DNA of 64,000 bases from Octopus vulgaris (taxonomy: Eukaryota): the NCBI GenBank assembly GCA_951406725.2, contig OX597833.1, forward strand, positions 30,504,001 through 30,568,000, written 5' to 3'. Positions 13,559 through 25,737 of the stretch are shown piece by piece. The notes below the pieces were generated by a model. It worked only from the letters and a program-made list of their open reading frames with translations, was not told where the DNA came from and ran no database searches. The stretch's first letter is position 1, and every line of letters begins with the position of its first letter. Made by a program: the position numbers and the translations under genes.

Positions 13559-13875
13559 CTTACATTTAATTCATTAATAGCGAAACAATTGTCCCAAAAT
13601 AATCTGTATTTTTGTTATTTTTTATTTGCCCTGTCCGTGTGAGCTAACAATCGTACTGACTTTCATGGGAAACATGTATTTTTGTGGTTGAAACCTTTTG
13701 GATTAACTGGTGCTAGAGTGAGCCATATAGTGACCACTCTCTTATATTTATTTTGTAAAAATATTATAATATATTATAAAATATTATAATAATCCAGGTT
13801 TCTCGGAGCACTAGGCCACTTGGTGTAGAATAGATATACTATTAAATTAGTATCTAATTCTCTCACCCTTATTAA

Positions 13876-13949
<74 letters not shown>

Positions 13950-14359
13950 TGACAAAAAAGTTTGCATAGATCGGCGAAATAACCTACTGAAGTAGCAAAA
14001 CGTAAAACTCTAAGTCATAGAGATCATTACAACACATTGGTTAAAAATATATATATATATATATATATACATATATACAGTAATTTTCTTTTCGCCGAAA
14101 ACGCACATGGTGGAAAAACTCACTGAATTAATTTATCTCCTGCAAGAAGGAAAAAGAAACATCACTCCTGGAAAATAATTCCGTAAAGCACAAAAAATCT
14201 AGACCACATCGTTGGATTAAGTATCACTTTCATCTTCTATTTCATATTTTGTTTATTATCCTATTTTATCCCCCTTAACTTAAGCTTACATCTCCTTTTA
14301 AAGTTACGAACACCATTTTTGTTTACATCTCAATATCTCTTACCTTCTTATCTCTCCTC

Positions 14360-14547
14360 TTTCAGATACTCTATCCTCTAATTAGCCTTAAGATTAAATA
14401 ACGTTTTTTACCCAAACTTTAATATTGTTAATATATTTTCAGATACTCTATCTTCTAATTAGCCTTAAGATTAAATAACGTTTTTACCCACACTTTAATA
14501 TTGTTAATATATTTTCAGATACTCTATCTTCTAACTAGCCTTAAGAT
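14360..14547. repeat. ~76-bp minisatellite, left part
   Basis: Unit cagatactctatcttctaattagccttaagattaaataacgtttttacccacactttaatattgttaatatatttt starting at 14363, 14440 and 14516. Confidence 0.9.
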
Positions 14548-14964
14548 TGTAACGTGTAAGGATCTATCACCGAAGCACTGGAAGGGTGTCGAGATCCTTT
14601 CTAGTCACATACAAAATTCTTGCAGAAAACAAACAGACGAAACTCAGGTTAAGGTGAACAGACAACTTGGTTTATTGATTCATGGTTGTACGTTGTCTGA
14701 TGGGGGGAATAGACAGCCTCTGATATTCTGCTGGTGTTGGTCGTTGAGGTTGGTTGAAGTTGGTTGAAGCTGGTGTGTGGCTGTCAGAGCCAGGAAAACC
14801 GTGACCGATCGCAGTGCTGTCTTGAGCCGAAGAGGGAGATTTGAGGTTCGCGGGCTCGAGAGATGTTTTCCCGCACATGCGCATGGGGAAGACTTCCGGT
14901 GGCCACCCGGAAGTAGTCCCATTCTGCGCATGCGCGCCGAACCCTACACAGTAGCATCACTACA
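14548..14964 (-). repeat. 3' LTR (417 bp)
   Basis: tgtaacgtg...catcactaca; I see one substitution and one indel relative to the 5' LTR. Confidence 0.95.
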
Positions 14965-15093
14965 GGGCTCCCCTCCGAGTGCGAAGTACGGCAACCAGAA
15001 TATTGTGGTGGTGCTGCAGAAAACAGAAGGCTTGCCGATCCCCCAGAAGATTTGGTACATACTATTATACAATAAGAAACATTTTAAAGAAAG

Positions 15094-18000
15094 TTAAATG
15101 TAAATTGTTTTTGAAAGTTTCTTGGGCCAATGCACTGTTCTGCCCGATTTTGTAACATACGGTGTGCTCGGGGCACCCGTTGACGGCGAGGGTGGTGTTG
15201 TAGGAGCCGGTGAAGGCAAAGGCGTCTGTGCAGGTGAAGGTGTTTGTGCAGGTGAAGGCGTTTGTGCAGGTGAAAGTGTTGTTAAAGGTGCATAGGTGGG
15301 TGTGTCAAGGTTGTCATCAAAAGATGAAGACGTCTCAAAATGTGCCTTTTTTAAACGGTCCACGGAAACGGTCTCCGAACGACCATTTATCTCAATCGTG
15401 AAAACCTTTGGTGTGCGAGAAAGCACACGAAAAGGTCCTTTATAGGGAGAAACAAGTGGGCCCTTCACAGAATCGTCCCGAACAAAAACATGCGACCAGG
15501 TGTTCATATCCGGTGGAGATTGCTTTCTGGGAAGCATGGGCGGAAGGTTTGAAAAATATTCCCGCAGTCTGGTGACATAGGTCGCCGGATCATGGGGCGG
15601 GGAAGTGTCTGGCACCAACATCGTACCGGGCAATGCCAGTGTGGTACCATACAGCAGCTCTGCAGCAGAAAACCCCAGGTCTGCCTTGACAGCAGTCCGA
15701 CAGCCGAGAAGCACAATGGGCAGAAATTCGATCCAGGACTGTGGGTCTGAAGAGGCACGAAGAGCGGCCTTGAGCTGTCTATGGAACCGCTCAACCAATC
15801 CATTAGACGCTGGATGGTAGCTTGTGGTGTGGATATGGTGCATACCCAAAATTCGCGACAATTCGCGAAATAGCGAGGCCTCAAACTGTCGTCCACGATC
15901 AGTTGTCAATCGGGACGGGACTCCGAAACGAGAAATCCAGTTTGAAACGAAAGCTCGCGCAACAGTCTCAGCAGAAATGTCTGCTATCGGAATGGCTTCT
16001 GGCCAGCGAGAGAAGCGATCGACACAAGTTAATAGATAAGAGAACCCGCGACTCACAGGCCATGGTCCAACCAGATCGATGTGGACATGGCGAAAACGGG
16101 CCTCCGTGGGGGGAAATTGTCCAAGCGGGGCACGAACGTGCCGTTGAATCTTGGATCGTTGACACTTGGAGCAGGTGCGTGTCCAAGAAGTAATTGTGCG
16201 ACGCATATTCGGCCAGAAAAACCGAGCAGTGATTAGTTTGAGGGTGGCAGCGATGCCAGGATGTGATAAGGAGTGCAGTGCTTCAAACACTGAGCGTTGA
16301 TGGGTCTCAGGCACCAGTGGCCTGGGAGATCCAGTGGAAGTGTCACAAAGAATGGTGCCTTCGGCTGACGGAAGCGGAAGGTAGGAAAACTGGCAACAGG
16401 AGAACTTGGGAGAAGTTAAATCTAACGACGCCAAAGGTGGCTGCTCCTGCGATATGGCAGCTAAGTCGATAGCAGCAGGAGACGAAAGGGCGCAAACTGG
16501 AAGGCGAGAGAGAGCGTCAGCAGGAACGTTCTCTTTTCCAGGTATGTGTCGAATGTTGCTAGTAAATTGAGAGATAAAATCCAGGTGCCGAAAAGCACGG
16601 GGTGAGAGTTTGTCCGTTTTTGAAAACAGGGCAAACGTAAGGGGCTTGTGATCCGTATAGATCACAAAATCTCGCCCTTCAAGTTGATGCTGGAAATGAC
16701 GAACCGATAGATAGATCGCTAGGAGCTCACGATCAAAGGTGCTGTATCGTCGTTCAGCTGGTTGCAGTTGACGGGAAAAGAAGGCTAGAGGTCGAACATG
16801 GTCATCCACTGTGTGTTGTAACACAGCGCCAATCGCAGTGTCCGATGCGTCCACAGTCAAAGAGAAGCACCAGGAACTGGATGTGCAAGCAAAGAAACAG
16901 AAGCCAGCTCCTTCTTAATGGACTCAAAGGCTGTCACTGCCTCAACAGAGAGGGTGACTTGACTGTCCTTTCTAGGAGAGTCCTTTAACAGCCTGGTGAG
17001 AGGTAGCAGCTTATCTGCACAACCGGGAATGAAGCGTCGGTAGAAATTGACCATCCCTAGATAATGCCTGAGCTGGCGCAAGGAAGTGGGGGGTGCGATG
17101 CGTTGAATGGCATCGACTTTTGACGAGAGGGGGCTGATTCCAGTCGAATCAATATGATGCCCTAGAAAATCTAGGGAAGAGCGTCCGAAAACACACTTGT
17201 CGGGGTTTATGCGTATGCTATACGCGCGAAGACGCTGGAAGAGTTGAGAAAGGTGCCGGAGATGATTTTCTCGTGTGTCGCTCGCAATGAGTATGTCATC
17301 GACATAGGCAAATACAAAATCAAGACCGCGGACAACCTCATCAATGAAACGCTGGAAGGTGCTAGTAGCATTCCGCAAACCGAAACTCATGTACAAAAAC
17401 TCAAAACACCCAAACGGGGTAGTGATTGCAGTTTTTGGAACGTCGGCTGGGTTGACCGGTATTTGGTGGTAAGCGCGTATCAGATCGACCTTCGAAAAAA
17501 TGGTACAACCATGGAGATTTGCTGTAAAGTCCCGGAGATTTCTAATCGGATAGCGATCGGCTATTGTGACGGCATTGAGGCGTCGATAGTCTCCAACCGG
17601 GCGAAAATCAGACTCGCCCTTTCGCGCCAAATGAAGAGGAGATGCCCATAGGCTGGTGGAGGGGCGTATAAGGCCGAGTTGAAGCATGTGCTCAAACTCG
17701 GCTCTGGCCGTTTTTAGTCGGTCTGGCGCCAGGCGCCGGGGGCGTGAGAATACAGGTGGCCCATTGGTGGTGATGAAATGGAGGGTCGAGTGGGTAGGCT
17801 TTTCCGGTTTAAAGGCAATGTCCACTAGCTCCGGAAATGAAACCAAAAGAGAGTGAAAAGGGTCTCCAGAGGTGGCAACAAAGAATGTCGGGCTAAGGAC
17901 CGCAGTGGTGGAACTCCCAGTCGGTGTAGAGAGCGACGTCGTGCTATCAAGAAGCCTCCGACGCCTGACATCCACCAATAGGTTAAACCTATCCAGGAAA

Positions 18001-18330
18001 TCAGCGCCGAGAATAGGATGCGGGATGTCAGCGATGACGTAAACCCATCGAAAGTCTCGACGAAAGTTGAGGTCGAGGCGCAGCGAAATCTGACCGTAAG
18101 TGGTTATGGGAGACGAGTCAATAGCATGCAAGACAATCGAAGAGCGCTTGGGCTTGTCTGCAGCCAGACGAAGGGGCCAGATGCTGCAACAGGAGCCGGT
18201 GTCCACCATGAAGAAATTCTTCGACACCAGATCTTTTACATAGAATGCACGATGTTTGGGAAACGAGATGGAAGAAGGTGACGTGCTCACCTCCTCCGGA
18301 TTTAGTTTTCCGAGGGCTTGAAAGTGCACG
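15094..18330 (-). pseudogene. pol (protease, RT, RNase H, integrase) with a frameshift at ~16858
   Basis: VDTGS protease, YVDD RT, VDASD RNase H, HHCC and D,D35E integrase, GPF motif; split between ORFs 16857-18380 and 15094-16860. Confidence 0.9.
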
Positions 18331-19037
18331 GCTGGGTACACCGATCTGCCTTTTCGGCATATCTCGAATGGTACCAGCACCAGCTGGAACGAGAAACAGA
18401 GTCACTCCGACTGCGGGAAATAGAGCTACTGCGACTACGAGATTGGCGTCCGATCGCACGGCACAGATCATCGATCCTCCGCGTAAGCGCGTCGATGTTC
18501 TCGGCCAGTTTATCGTTCGTCGGAGGTGTCGGGGGGCTCTGTACATGCGTACAGGCCCCGCGAGGGAGATGGGCGCGAAAACTCCAACACTTTGTCGGCC
18601 ATCGTGGCGATCTGGTCCACAGACACAGCATCCAGTACCGTGGCCAACATTGTCTGCACGTGGGCAGGCAGCCTTGAGAAAAATATCTTACGTAAGAGCG
18701 GCGCGTCAGCGGCGTTGCCGCTTAGCTCTCTTAGATGGCGCAGAAATTGGGATGGAGTTCTGTCCCCTAACTGCTCGTCGGCCATCAGTTCATTAAACTG
18801 ACTTTCTTCTGAGCGCGTATTGCGACGGAGGATCTCCGCCTTTACTGACGCATATGTGGCGTCAGGATGGGGACTCACAATGAGATCCCTGACCGATGTT
18901 GCGAGCCGGGAGGGCAAACTTGAATACAGTAGATGTAACTGCTGTTGTGGCGGAATGGTATGCGCGGCAAAGTGTGATTCCACCTGTGCAAACCACAGCC
19001 CCGCATCCCCCGTAAATGAAGGCAAACCTGAAGCCAT
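18302..19037 (-). pseudogene. gag with a frameshift at ~18550
   Basis: MASGLPSFTGDAGLWFAQVE...LGDRTPSQFLRHL, then the CHCC knuckle in another frame, ending GGAAAAC-TAA (probable -1 gag-pol shift site). Confidence 0.85.
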
Positions 19038-19424
19038 GCCTTTGTCGGAAGGAATCTGTGAGAAGGGGGCAGAAGGTATGGTCGAGAAATGGAGAGAGAA
19101 CACGTGGAACCGAGAAGGCAAATCAAAATTGTGTTTGTGTGTGCACCTCGTGGGTAGCAAAAAAAAAGAGGAATAAGTGTGTACAAGGAAAACAAAATAC
19201 AGAAAAGGAAAAAATGAATGAATGTGTGTGTTTTCTTTTTTTTCTTTCTTTTTTTTTTTGTACTGTGTGCGATGAATAAGGTTATTTGACCCACCTCGCC
19301 GTGCTGAAAAGGAGAAAAATGAATCAAAATAAATATTAATTTTCCGCGCTCTTCGGCCCCCCAAAAAACCTGTTCGCTGTGTCTACTTCTATCCTGTTCT
19401 TTTTCTCATCTAGGGGTCACCAAT

Positions 19425-19840
19425 TGTAACGTGTAAGGATCTATCACCGAAGCACTGGAAGGGTGTCGAGATCCTTTCTAGTCACATACAAAATTCTTGC
19501 AGAAAACAAACAGATGAAACTCAGGTTAAGGTGAACAGACAACTTGGTTTATTGATTCATGGTTGTACGTTGTCTGATGGGGGAATAGACAGCCTCTGAT
19601 ATTCTGCTGGTGTTGGTCGTTGAGGTTGGTTGAAGTTGGTTGAAGCTGGTGTGTGGCTGTCAGAGCCAGGAAAACCGTGACCGATCGCAGTGCTGTCTTG
19701 AGCCGAAGAGGGAGATTTGAGGTTCGCGGGCTCGAGAGATGTTTTCCCGCACATGCGCATGGGGAAGACTTCCGGTGGCCACCCGGAAGTAGTCCCATTC
19801 TGCGCATGCGCGCCGAACCCTACACAGTAGCATCACTACA
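19425..19840 (-). repeat. 5' LTR (416 bp)
   Basis: Direct repeat of 14548-14964, followed on the - strand by the PBS. Confidence 0.95.
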
Positions 19841-20455
19841 AGATTAAATAACGTTTTACCCACACTTTAATATTGTTAATATATTTTCAGATACTCTATC
19901 TTCTAATCAGCCTTAAGATTAAATAACGTTTTTACCCACACTTTAATATTGTTAATATATTTTCAGATACTCTATCTTCTAATTAGCCTTAAGATTAAAT
20001 AACCTTTTTTACCCACACTTTAATATTGTTAATATATTTTCAGATACTCTATCTTCTAATTAGCCTTAAGATTACATAACGTTTTTTTACCCACACTTTA
20101 ATATTGTTAATATATTTTCAGATACTCTATCCTCTAATTAGCCTTAAGATTAAATAACGTTTTACCCACACTTTAATATTGTTAATATATTTTCAGATAC
20201 TCTATCCTCTAATTAGCCTTAAGATTAAATAACGTTTTTACCCACACTTTAATATTGTTAATATATTTTCAGATACTCTATCTTCTAATTAGCATTAAGA
20301 TTTAAATAACGTTTTTTTACTCACACTTTAATATTGTTAATATATTTTCAGATACTCTATCTTCTAATTAGCCTTAAGATTAATTAACGTTTTTACCCAC
20401 ACACTTTAATATTGTTAATATATTTTCAAATACTCTATCTTCTAATTAGCCTTAA
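19841..20455. repeat. ~76-bp minisatellite, right part (~8 units)
   Basis: Continues in register from the unit interrupted at 14547. Confidence 0.9.
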
Positions 20456-20516
20456 TATCTTCTTGTCTTCTCTCGAACATATTTAGATAGATAAATAAAT
20501 AGACAGATTATCCAGC

Positions 20517-21420
20517 ATGTCCAGAGCCTGGAGACCTGACGAACTAGCGTTATTCGTACGAGCCTGGAAATGCGCCGATGGAGATAGCCCTAGCAATTTG
20601 ATTGCGGCTGCGCTGAAGAGCAGCGGCTACAAGAGGACAGCGGCTCAGATGGAGCGAAAGAGACGGGAATTCGTAGGCTCCTATGCGCTTGTACGGTCGC
20701 ACATTGGCGCACTTGATGCCATCTTTGAGAACGAGCGGGGCAAAGATGGCAAGAATGGAGACGATGAAAGAAGTCACCCCGACCTGGTGGACGCCCGGGA
20801 GGAGGTTTTGAGTGAGAAACCTGCCCGGGAAGTGAACCCAGGTGCAAGTTCTCCAACCGGCAGCAAGGGCCATGGAGACGGAGAACCCGGGAAGAGGTAG
20901 AGGAGGAAGAAGAACTAAAAGAAGGACTGAAAGAGCTAAAGGAAAAGCTCAAGCAGGACCAAAGGGTGAAACAACCAGGAATAGAAGTGGAACCGCAAAG
21001 GATGGAAACAAGCAGCACACACGGGTGTGTAGGTTCTACCTGAGAGGTACCTGCTGACATGGAAAGGAAGTGCAGGCTGCCGCTTTGCACATCGGGGACC
21101 CTGCCGCAGAGACACGAGGCAGATGGACAAGCCATCAACACAAGGAAAAGGGAAGGACCACGCACCACCTGCCCCAAAGCGGAGGTACGCAGATGTTGTG
21201 CGTGCCACAAACTGCCAACATGATGTTGTTGAAAGGGCAGCTGCTGAGCAGCAGTCTTTTTTGTGCATGGCACAAAAGATTGTACAGCAGCTGACCTGGC
21301 TTCATCAAACCCAAGCCCGCAGGTGGGACTACCCACTATATACAAGACCACCACAGCAAACAGACCCAGGATGGACACCGTCGGCAACAACATACACCTC
21401 ACCTCGATGCTCCTACTGAA
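20517..21420 (+). pseudogene. LINE ORF1: N-terminal Myb/SANT-like (trihelix) domain plus a CCCH zinc finger, disrupted
   Basis: WRPDELALFVRAW...IAAALKSSGYKRTAAQMERKRREF; CRFYLRGTC*HGKE / GCRFAH across a stop and a frameshift. Confidence 0.65.
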
Positions 21421-24367
21421 CATCAGAGGGCTGCAAACACTCAGTAACAGGACAAAAATCCCGTTCTTGAGAGACTTTGTTGCATGCAATCACGCCTTAT
21501 GCATAGCACTTACAGAAACGCACCTGAAACCGGACATAGCAGATGCGGAGTTACACATACCACAGTATGTTGTACTACGGACCGACAGAAAAGAAAGGAG
21601 TCATGGAGGAGTAGCTATGTACATCCGTGAGGACCTCACACCCCAGGTCCTCTTGTCATACTCAAACTCGGTGTGTGACACACTAATTGTACATATAAGG
21701 CAACTTGATGTAGTTGTGTGTGCTACATATCGCCCTCCAGATGCCCCAAGCCATGTGGGCAAGTTTGAAGACTGCCTTATAAAAATAGAAGAAGTTCTAA
21801 TCACATTAGAACAACACATAAGTGTACTTCTTATGGGAGACTTCAATCTGCCCAATGTCAGATGGCCCGAGGGCCTTTCTCTCCCAGGAATGACAAGATG
21901 TGAACGAGGACAGGCAAGGTCCCTCCTGAACCTCATCAACACCCTGTACATGGAGCAGGTAATACTCCAACCAACCAGGGCAGGTAACACACTGGATCTC
22001 TGCTTCACAAATGACATGGATCTCATCCATAATGTGAAAGTGACACCGACACTACTCTCGGATCACAACATGGTAGAGCTGACCATGTTCGGGCCAAAAG
22101 AGAGCACGGACATGCAGCCTACAAGAAACCCTCAGAATCTTTCCGGCTTGAACTACCATAAGGCAAACTGGAAACAAATTGAGAAAGAGATCCTCAAACA
22201 AAACTGGCCTAAATGTCTCTCCTCGACAGACATCGACGTGAAACTTCAACAATTCATGTCTGTAATGCAAGCCATATGCAACAAATGCGTCCCAGAGAGA
22301 AAGGCCACTGTACACAAGAACAAAATCCCCAGAGAGAGGAAAATTTTATGAGACGGCGTACAAAAATTTCAAATCGCCTAAACAAACAGATTGAAAGCAG
22401 TGAAAAGTCCCGCCTAAAAATAAAACTGTTGGAAATTGAAAAATGTCTGCAACTCTCCCATGAAAAAGAAAGAGCAGACAAAGAAGCCTGGGCTATAGAC
22501 AACATAAAATCTAACCCCAGAGCTTTCTACAGGTATGCCAAAGAAACAGCTACGGTGCACTGTAGAATAGGGCCACTCCTTGAAAAGGATGGCACACTTA
22601 CAGGAAAACCAATGAGGGTAAGTGAAATACTGAATGAGCAATTCAAGAGTGTTTTCACTCCACCCCTTGGGCATCTCCAAATCACCAATCCAACTGACTT
22701 CTTTACCACTGCAGATATAAAATCAGAGGCGGCGACGATAGATTACATCGATATAAAGGAAGACGATGTAATCAAGGCTATAGATGAAATGAAAACAGAC
22801 TCAGCTACTGGCCCCGATGGATTCCCGGCAATCCTCCTAAAAGCATGTAAGAGAGTCCTAGCAAGACCACTGCAGTTCCTCTTTCAGAGCTTCCTTGCAG
22901 CTGGCAAACTTCCAAGAAAACTGAAGGAAGGTAAAATATGCCCCATTCATAAAGGAGGTAGCAGAGCGGAGGCCAAGAACTACAGACATATCTCTCTGAC
23001 CTCACACATCAGCAAGGTCATGGAACGAATAGTCAGAAGGAAACTGATCACCTTCCTTGAAGAGAATGACTTGCTGCCCGACACCCAACATGGTTTCCGA
23101 CCAGGGAGAAGCTGTTTAACTCAGCTCCTGCAGCACTATGACTGGGTGCTTAAACGGCTGCTCAACCACTCAAATGTGGAAGTGATATATCTCGACTTTG
23201 CAAAGGCCTTTGATAAAGTCGATCATGGAATGATATGTCACAAACTGCGTGATCTCAACATAGTTGGAAAACTGGGAGAATGGCTTCATGACTTTCTGAA
23301 AGATAGAAGTCAGGTGGTAGTAGCCAATGGGGCCACTTCCATTAACACGCAAATAGTGAGAGGTGTTCCGCAGGGCACTGTTCTGGGACCACTACTGTTC
23401 ATAATGGCCCTCTCAGACATGCCCTCAGCCACGCAGAGAGCCACGATCACAAGTTATGCAGATGATACAAAAGTCTCACAGGCAATACAGAACCCTATAG
23501 GACACTAAACGCCTGCAATGTGAGCTAGACAAAATATACAAGTGGGCTGAAAAGAATAGCATGCAGTTCAATGCTGAAAAGTTTCACGCTTTATACTATC
23601 AGCATGCAAAACTAAATGCAATACCCAATGAATACACTGGACCCGGAGGAATAGCAATCCCAGAGGCACAATCAGTGCGTGACCTAGGTATTTACATGAG
23701 TGATGACGCAACCTTTCGTGTACATGTTGCTAAATTGGCAATGAAATGTAGACGACTGGCCGGATGGATCCTCAGAACCTCTAGAACAAGAGAACAAGAA
23801 ACCATGATGGTCCTCTGGAGGACACTTGTCCTAAGCCACTTTGACTACTGCTCTCAGTTATGGTCACCATCCAGTGTCAAGTTGATCACAGAGCTCGAGG
23901 CGATCCAACGCAGCTACACGAAGAAGATAGCCTCTATGCAGAATGTAAGCTACTGGGAAAGACTCAAGAGATTAAAATTATATTCCTTGGAGCGTAGGCG
24001 GGAAAGATATGCCATAATATACATCTGGAAGATCCTGGAGGAACGTGTCCTAAACTTTGGCATCGAGAGTTACGCAAATGCCAGAACTGGGCGCCACTGC
24101 GTGGTGCCTAGGACTCCAAGTTTGCCATCAAGATGTAGGACAAGATTCTGTGATAGCCTGGGCTTCCGTGGCCCACAGCTCTTCAATATCCTCCCGAAGA
24201 ACCTGAGAGACCTGCATGGGGTGGATGCAGATGTCTTTAAAATGAAACTGGATCTCTTCCTGTCAGGTGTCCCAGATGAACCAACTTCACGGCAGGAGGT
24301 GCAGATGAGGGCAGCTGCATCGAACTCTCTCATGCACCAAATGGCAGTTGCTAAAAAGCTTTCGTGA
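21371..24367 (+). pseudogene. LINE ORF2 (APE endonuclease + RT), two frameshifts (~22348, ~23505)
   Basis: Three consecutive ORF segments: 21263-22351, 22213-23508 and 23561-24367. Confidence 0.9.
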
Positions 24368-24877
24368 AGTAAAACCAAGTAGCAACACCAAATGGCGGTG
24401 CCCCAGCATGGCCACAGCTCATAAGCTGAAACTAGAATCAATCAATCAATCAATCAATCATGACAACAAAAGAATTAATGAGACCTCGATATTATGTACA
24501 ATAGAGGAATTCATCTATAAATATAATGTGACAATTAGTTGTTTGTCATAATAAAATAAAATAAAGTTTTATTGGACAACCAACTAATTGTCACATATTA
24601 GATAGATAGATAGATACCCGCTTTATATTTATTTATTGCCGTGAAAGAGATAATGTAAAGCAGATAAGTTTGTGCACACTTTTATTTTGTCACTTACAGC
24701 CTTCCGTATTTCAATAACTCCTCCCTCTATCTCAGTTTTTTTATCGTTGTCATGTGGCTCAATCTCCATTCACAGCTGCTTAGAAGTTGCACTGTATTGT
24801 ACGCTGACCAGGTATAAACTACGTCTTCGGCATAAATACAAATACTTGAGCTACAGAAAAGTCACCTTTGAAACAGA

Positions 24878-25051
24878 ATGCAAAGTAAAGGCACCGGTAA
24901 GTTTCAGTTTGCAATTGACCGTGGTGGTACCTTCACCGATGTCTTTGCCCGAACACCAAATGGCTCCGTATCCGTTCTCAAGCTTCTGTCGGTCGATCCT
25001 GCCAACTATAAGGATGCCCCGACCGAAGGAATTCGAAGAATTATCGAAAAG
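24878..25051 (+). CDS. OPLAH: 5-oxoprolinase (ATP-hydrolysing), first coding exon, 58 codons
   Basis: Translates [58 protein letters not shown], matching the conserved OPLAH N-terminus; ends at the phase-0 donor AAG|GTATGA. Confidence 0.95.
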
Positions 25052-25529
25052 GTATGAGTATATACAATTCGTTTTATCGAAATCTCTTCTGTTTTGATAT
25101 CTGCAGCTTGCACCTGTGAGTATGTTTCTATCTTATAACTTTAATTCGTCGATCTTGGTATGTTTTTCACTGTCTACTTGTCTAGACTGTGACCATCATT
25201 CTAGTTGTTTTTATTTAACCTCTGGTTAACTCTGGTCAATGAAAACTATGTGCAAAGGGGTTCCTACCATGATGCAGGAACCTCTTTTTTCAGACAAAAT
25301 GTAATTAGGACTATATTGTTCAAATACCCTTTTTTAAAATATAGTCGGGTGTCATTTGAAAGAAATCTGCTGCTATTTATACCAAGTCGGACTAATACGA
25401 ACAAGCCACCTTACTAGTTCGCCTGTCATTCCCGTTAGCTCTCTCATAAATAAATTAAGAGGTGGTTTGTGGCTTTAGGTAGCAGTTCCAAAACTTTATT
25501 TTTCATGTGTACTTTTATATAGTTGAAAT

Positions 25530-25690
25530 TTATAGAAAAACGAAAGACGATGACAGGTGCAAAATAACAAACAGGTGTATGAGTTTAATGCTCGGGAAGG
25601 TGAGAAAGTTTTTTACATTTCGAGTTTACGCTCTTCAAAGAACACAAAATGAACAGAAAAAGAATTCAAAAATATTTTGGAGCTAACAGT
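25530..25690 (-). repeat. Family A dispersed repeat
   Basis: aaagacga-gacaggtg...tttcgag-ttacgctcttca, homologous to 4200-4390. Confidence 0.65.
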
Positions 25691-25698
25691 CAATCATG

Positions 25699-25734
<36 letters not shown>

Positions 25735-25737
<3 letters not shown>

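Larger units (their letters stand above)
12787..13881. mobile_element. Retrozyme-like element R1: 535-nt non-coding monomer, ~1.45 tandem copies (- sense) plus an inverted partial copy, inserted in (TA)n
   Basis: 12787-13024 recurs at 13322-13559 (offset 535); 13560-13881 is the reverse complement of ~13192-13516; one HHR per monomer; (TA)n on both sides. Confidence 0.85.
14548..19840 (-). mobile_element. Full-length Ty3/gypsy LTR retrotransposon, CsRn1/Kabuki clade
   Basis: TG..CA LTRs, 4-bp TSD AGAT, PBS TGGTGACCCC (tRNA-Trp type), PPT GGAGGGGAG, Gag CHCC motif CWYHSRYAEKADRCTQPC, PR-RT-RH-IN order. Confidence 0.95.
20517..24460 (+). mobile_element. Near full-length CR1-group LINE (ORF1, APE-RT ORF2, (TCAA)n tail)
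   Basis: APE LLNIRG, ALTETHL, YRPP, MGDFNLP, LSDH; RT PQGTVLGPLLF, YADDTK; tail aatcaatcaatc. Confidence 0.92.

Noticed and set aside
13950-14010. ctactgaagtagcaaaacgta as a minimal HHR
   Set aside because: Core and stem I cannot be assembled
14360-20455. 76-bp array as a CRISPR-like locus
   Set aside because: No variable spacers; it is a eukaryotic tandem repeat
20590-21489. 299-aa antisense ORF over LINE ORF1
   Set aside because: Shadow ORF of purine-rich LINE sequence with no motifs
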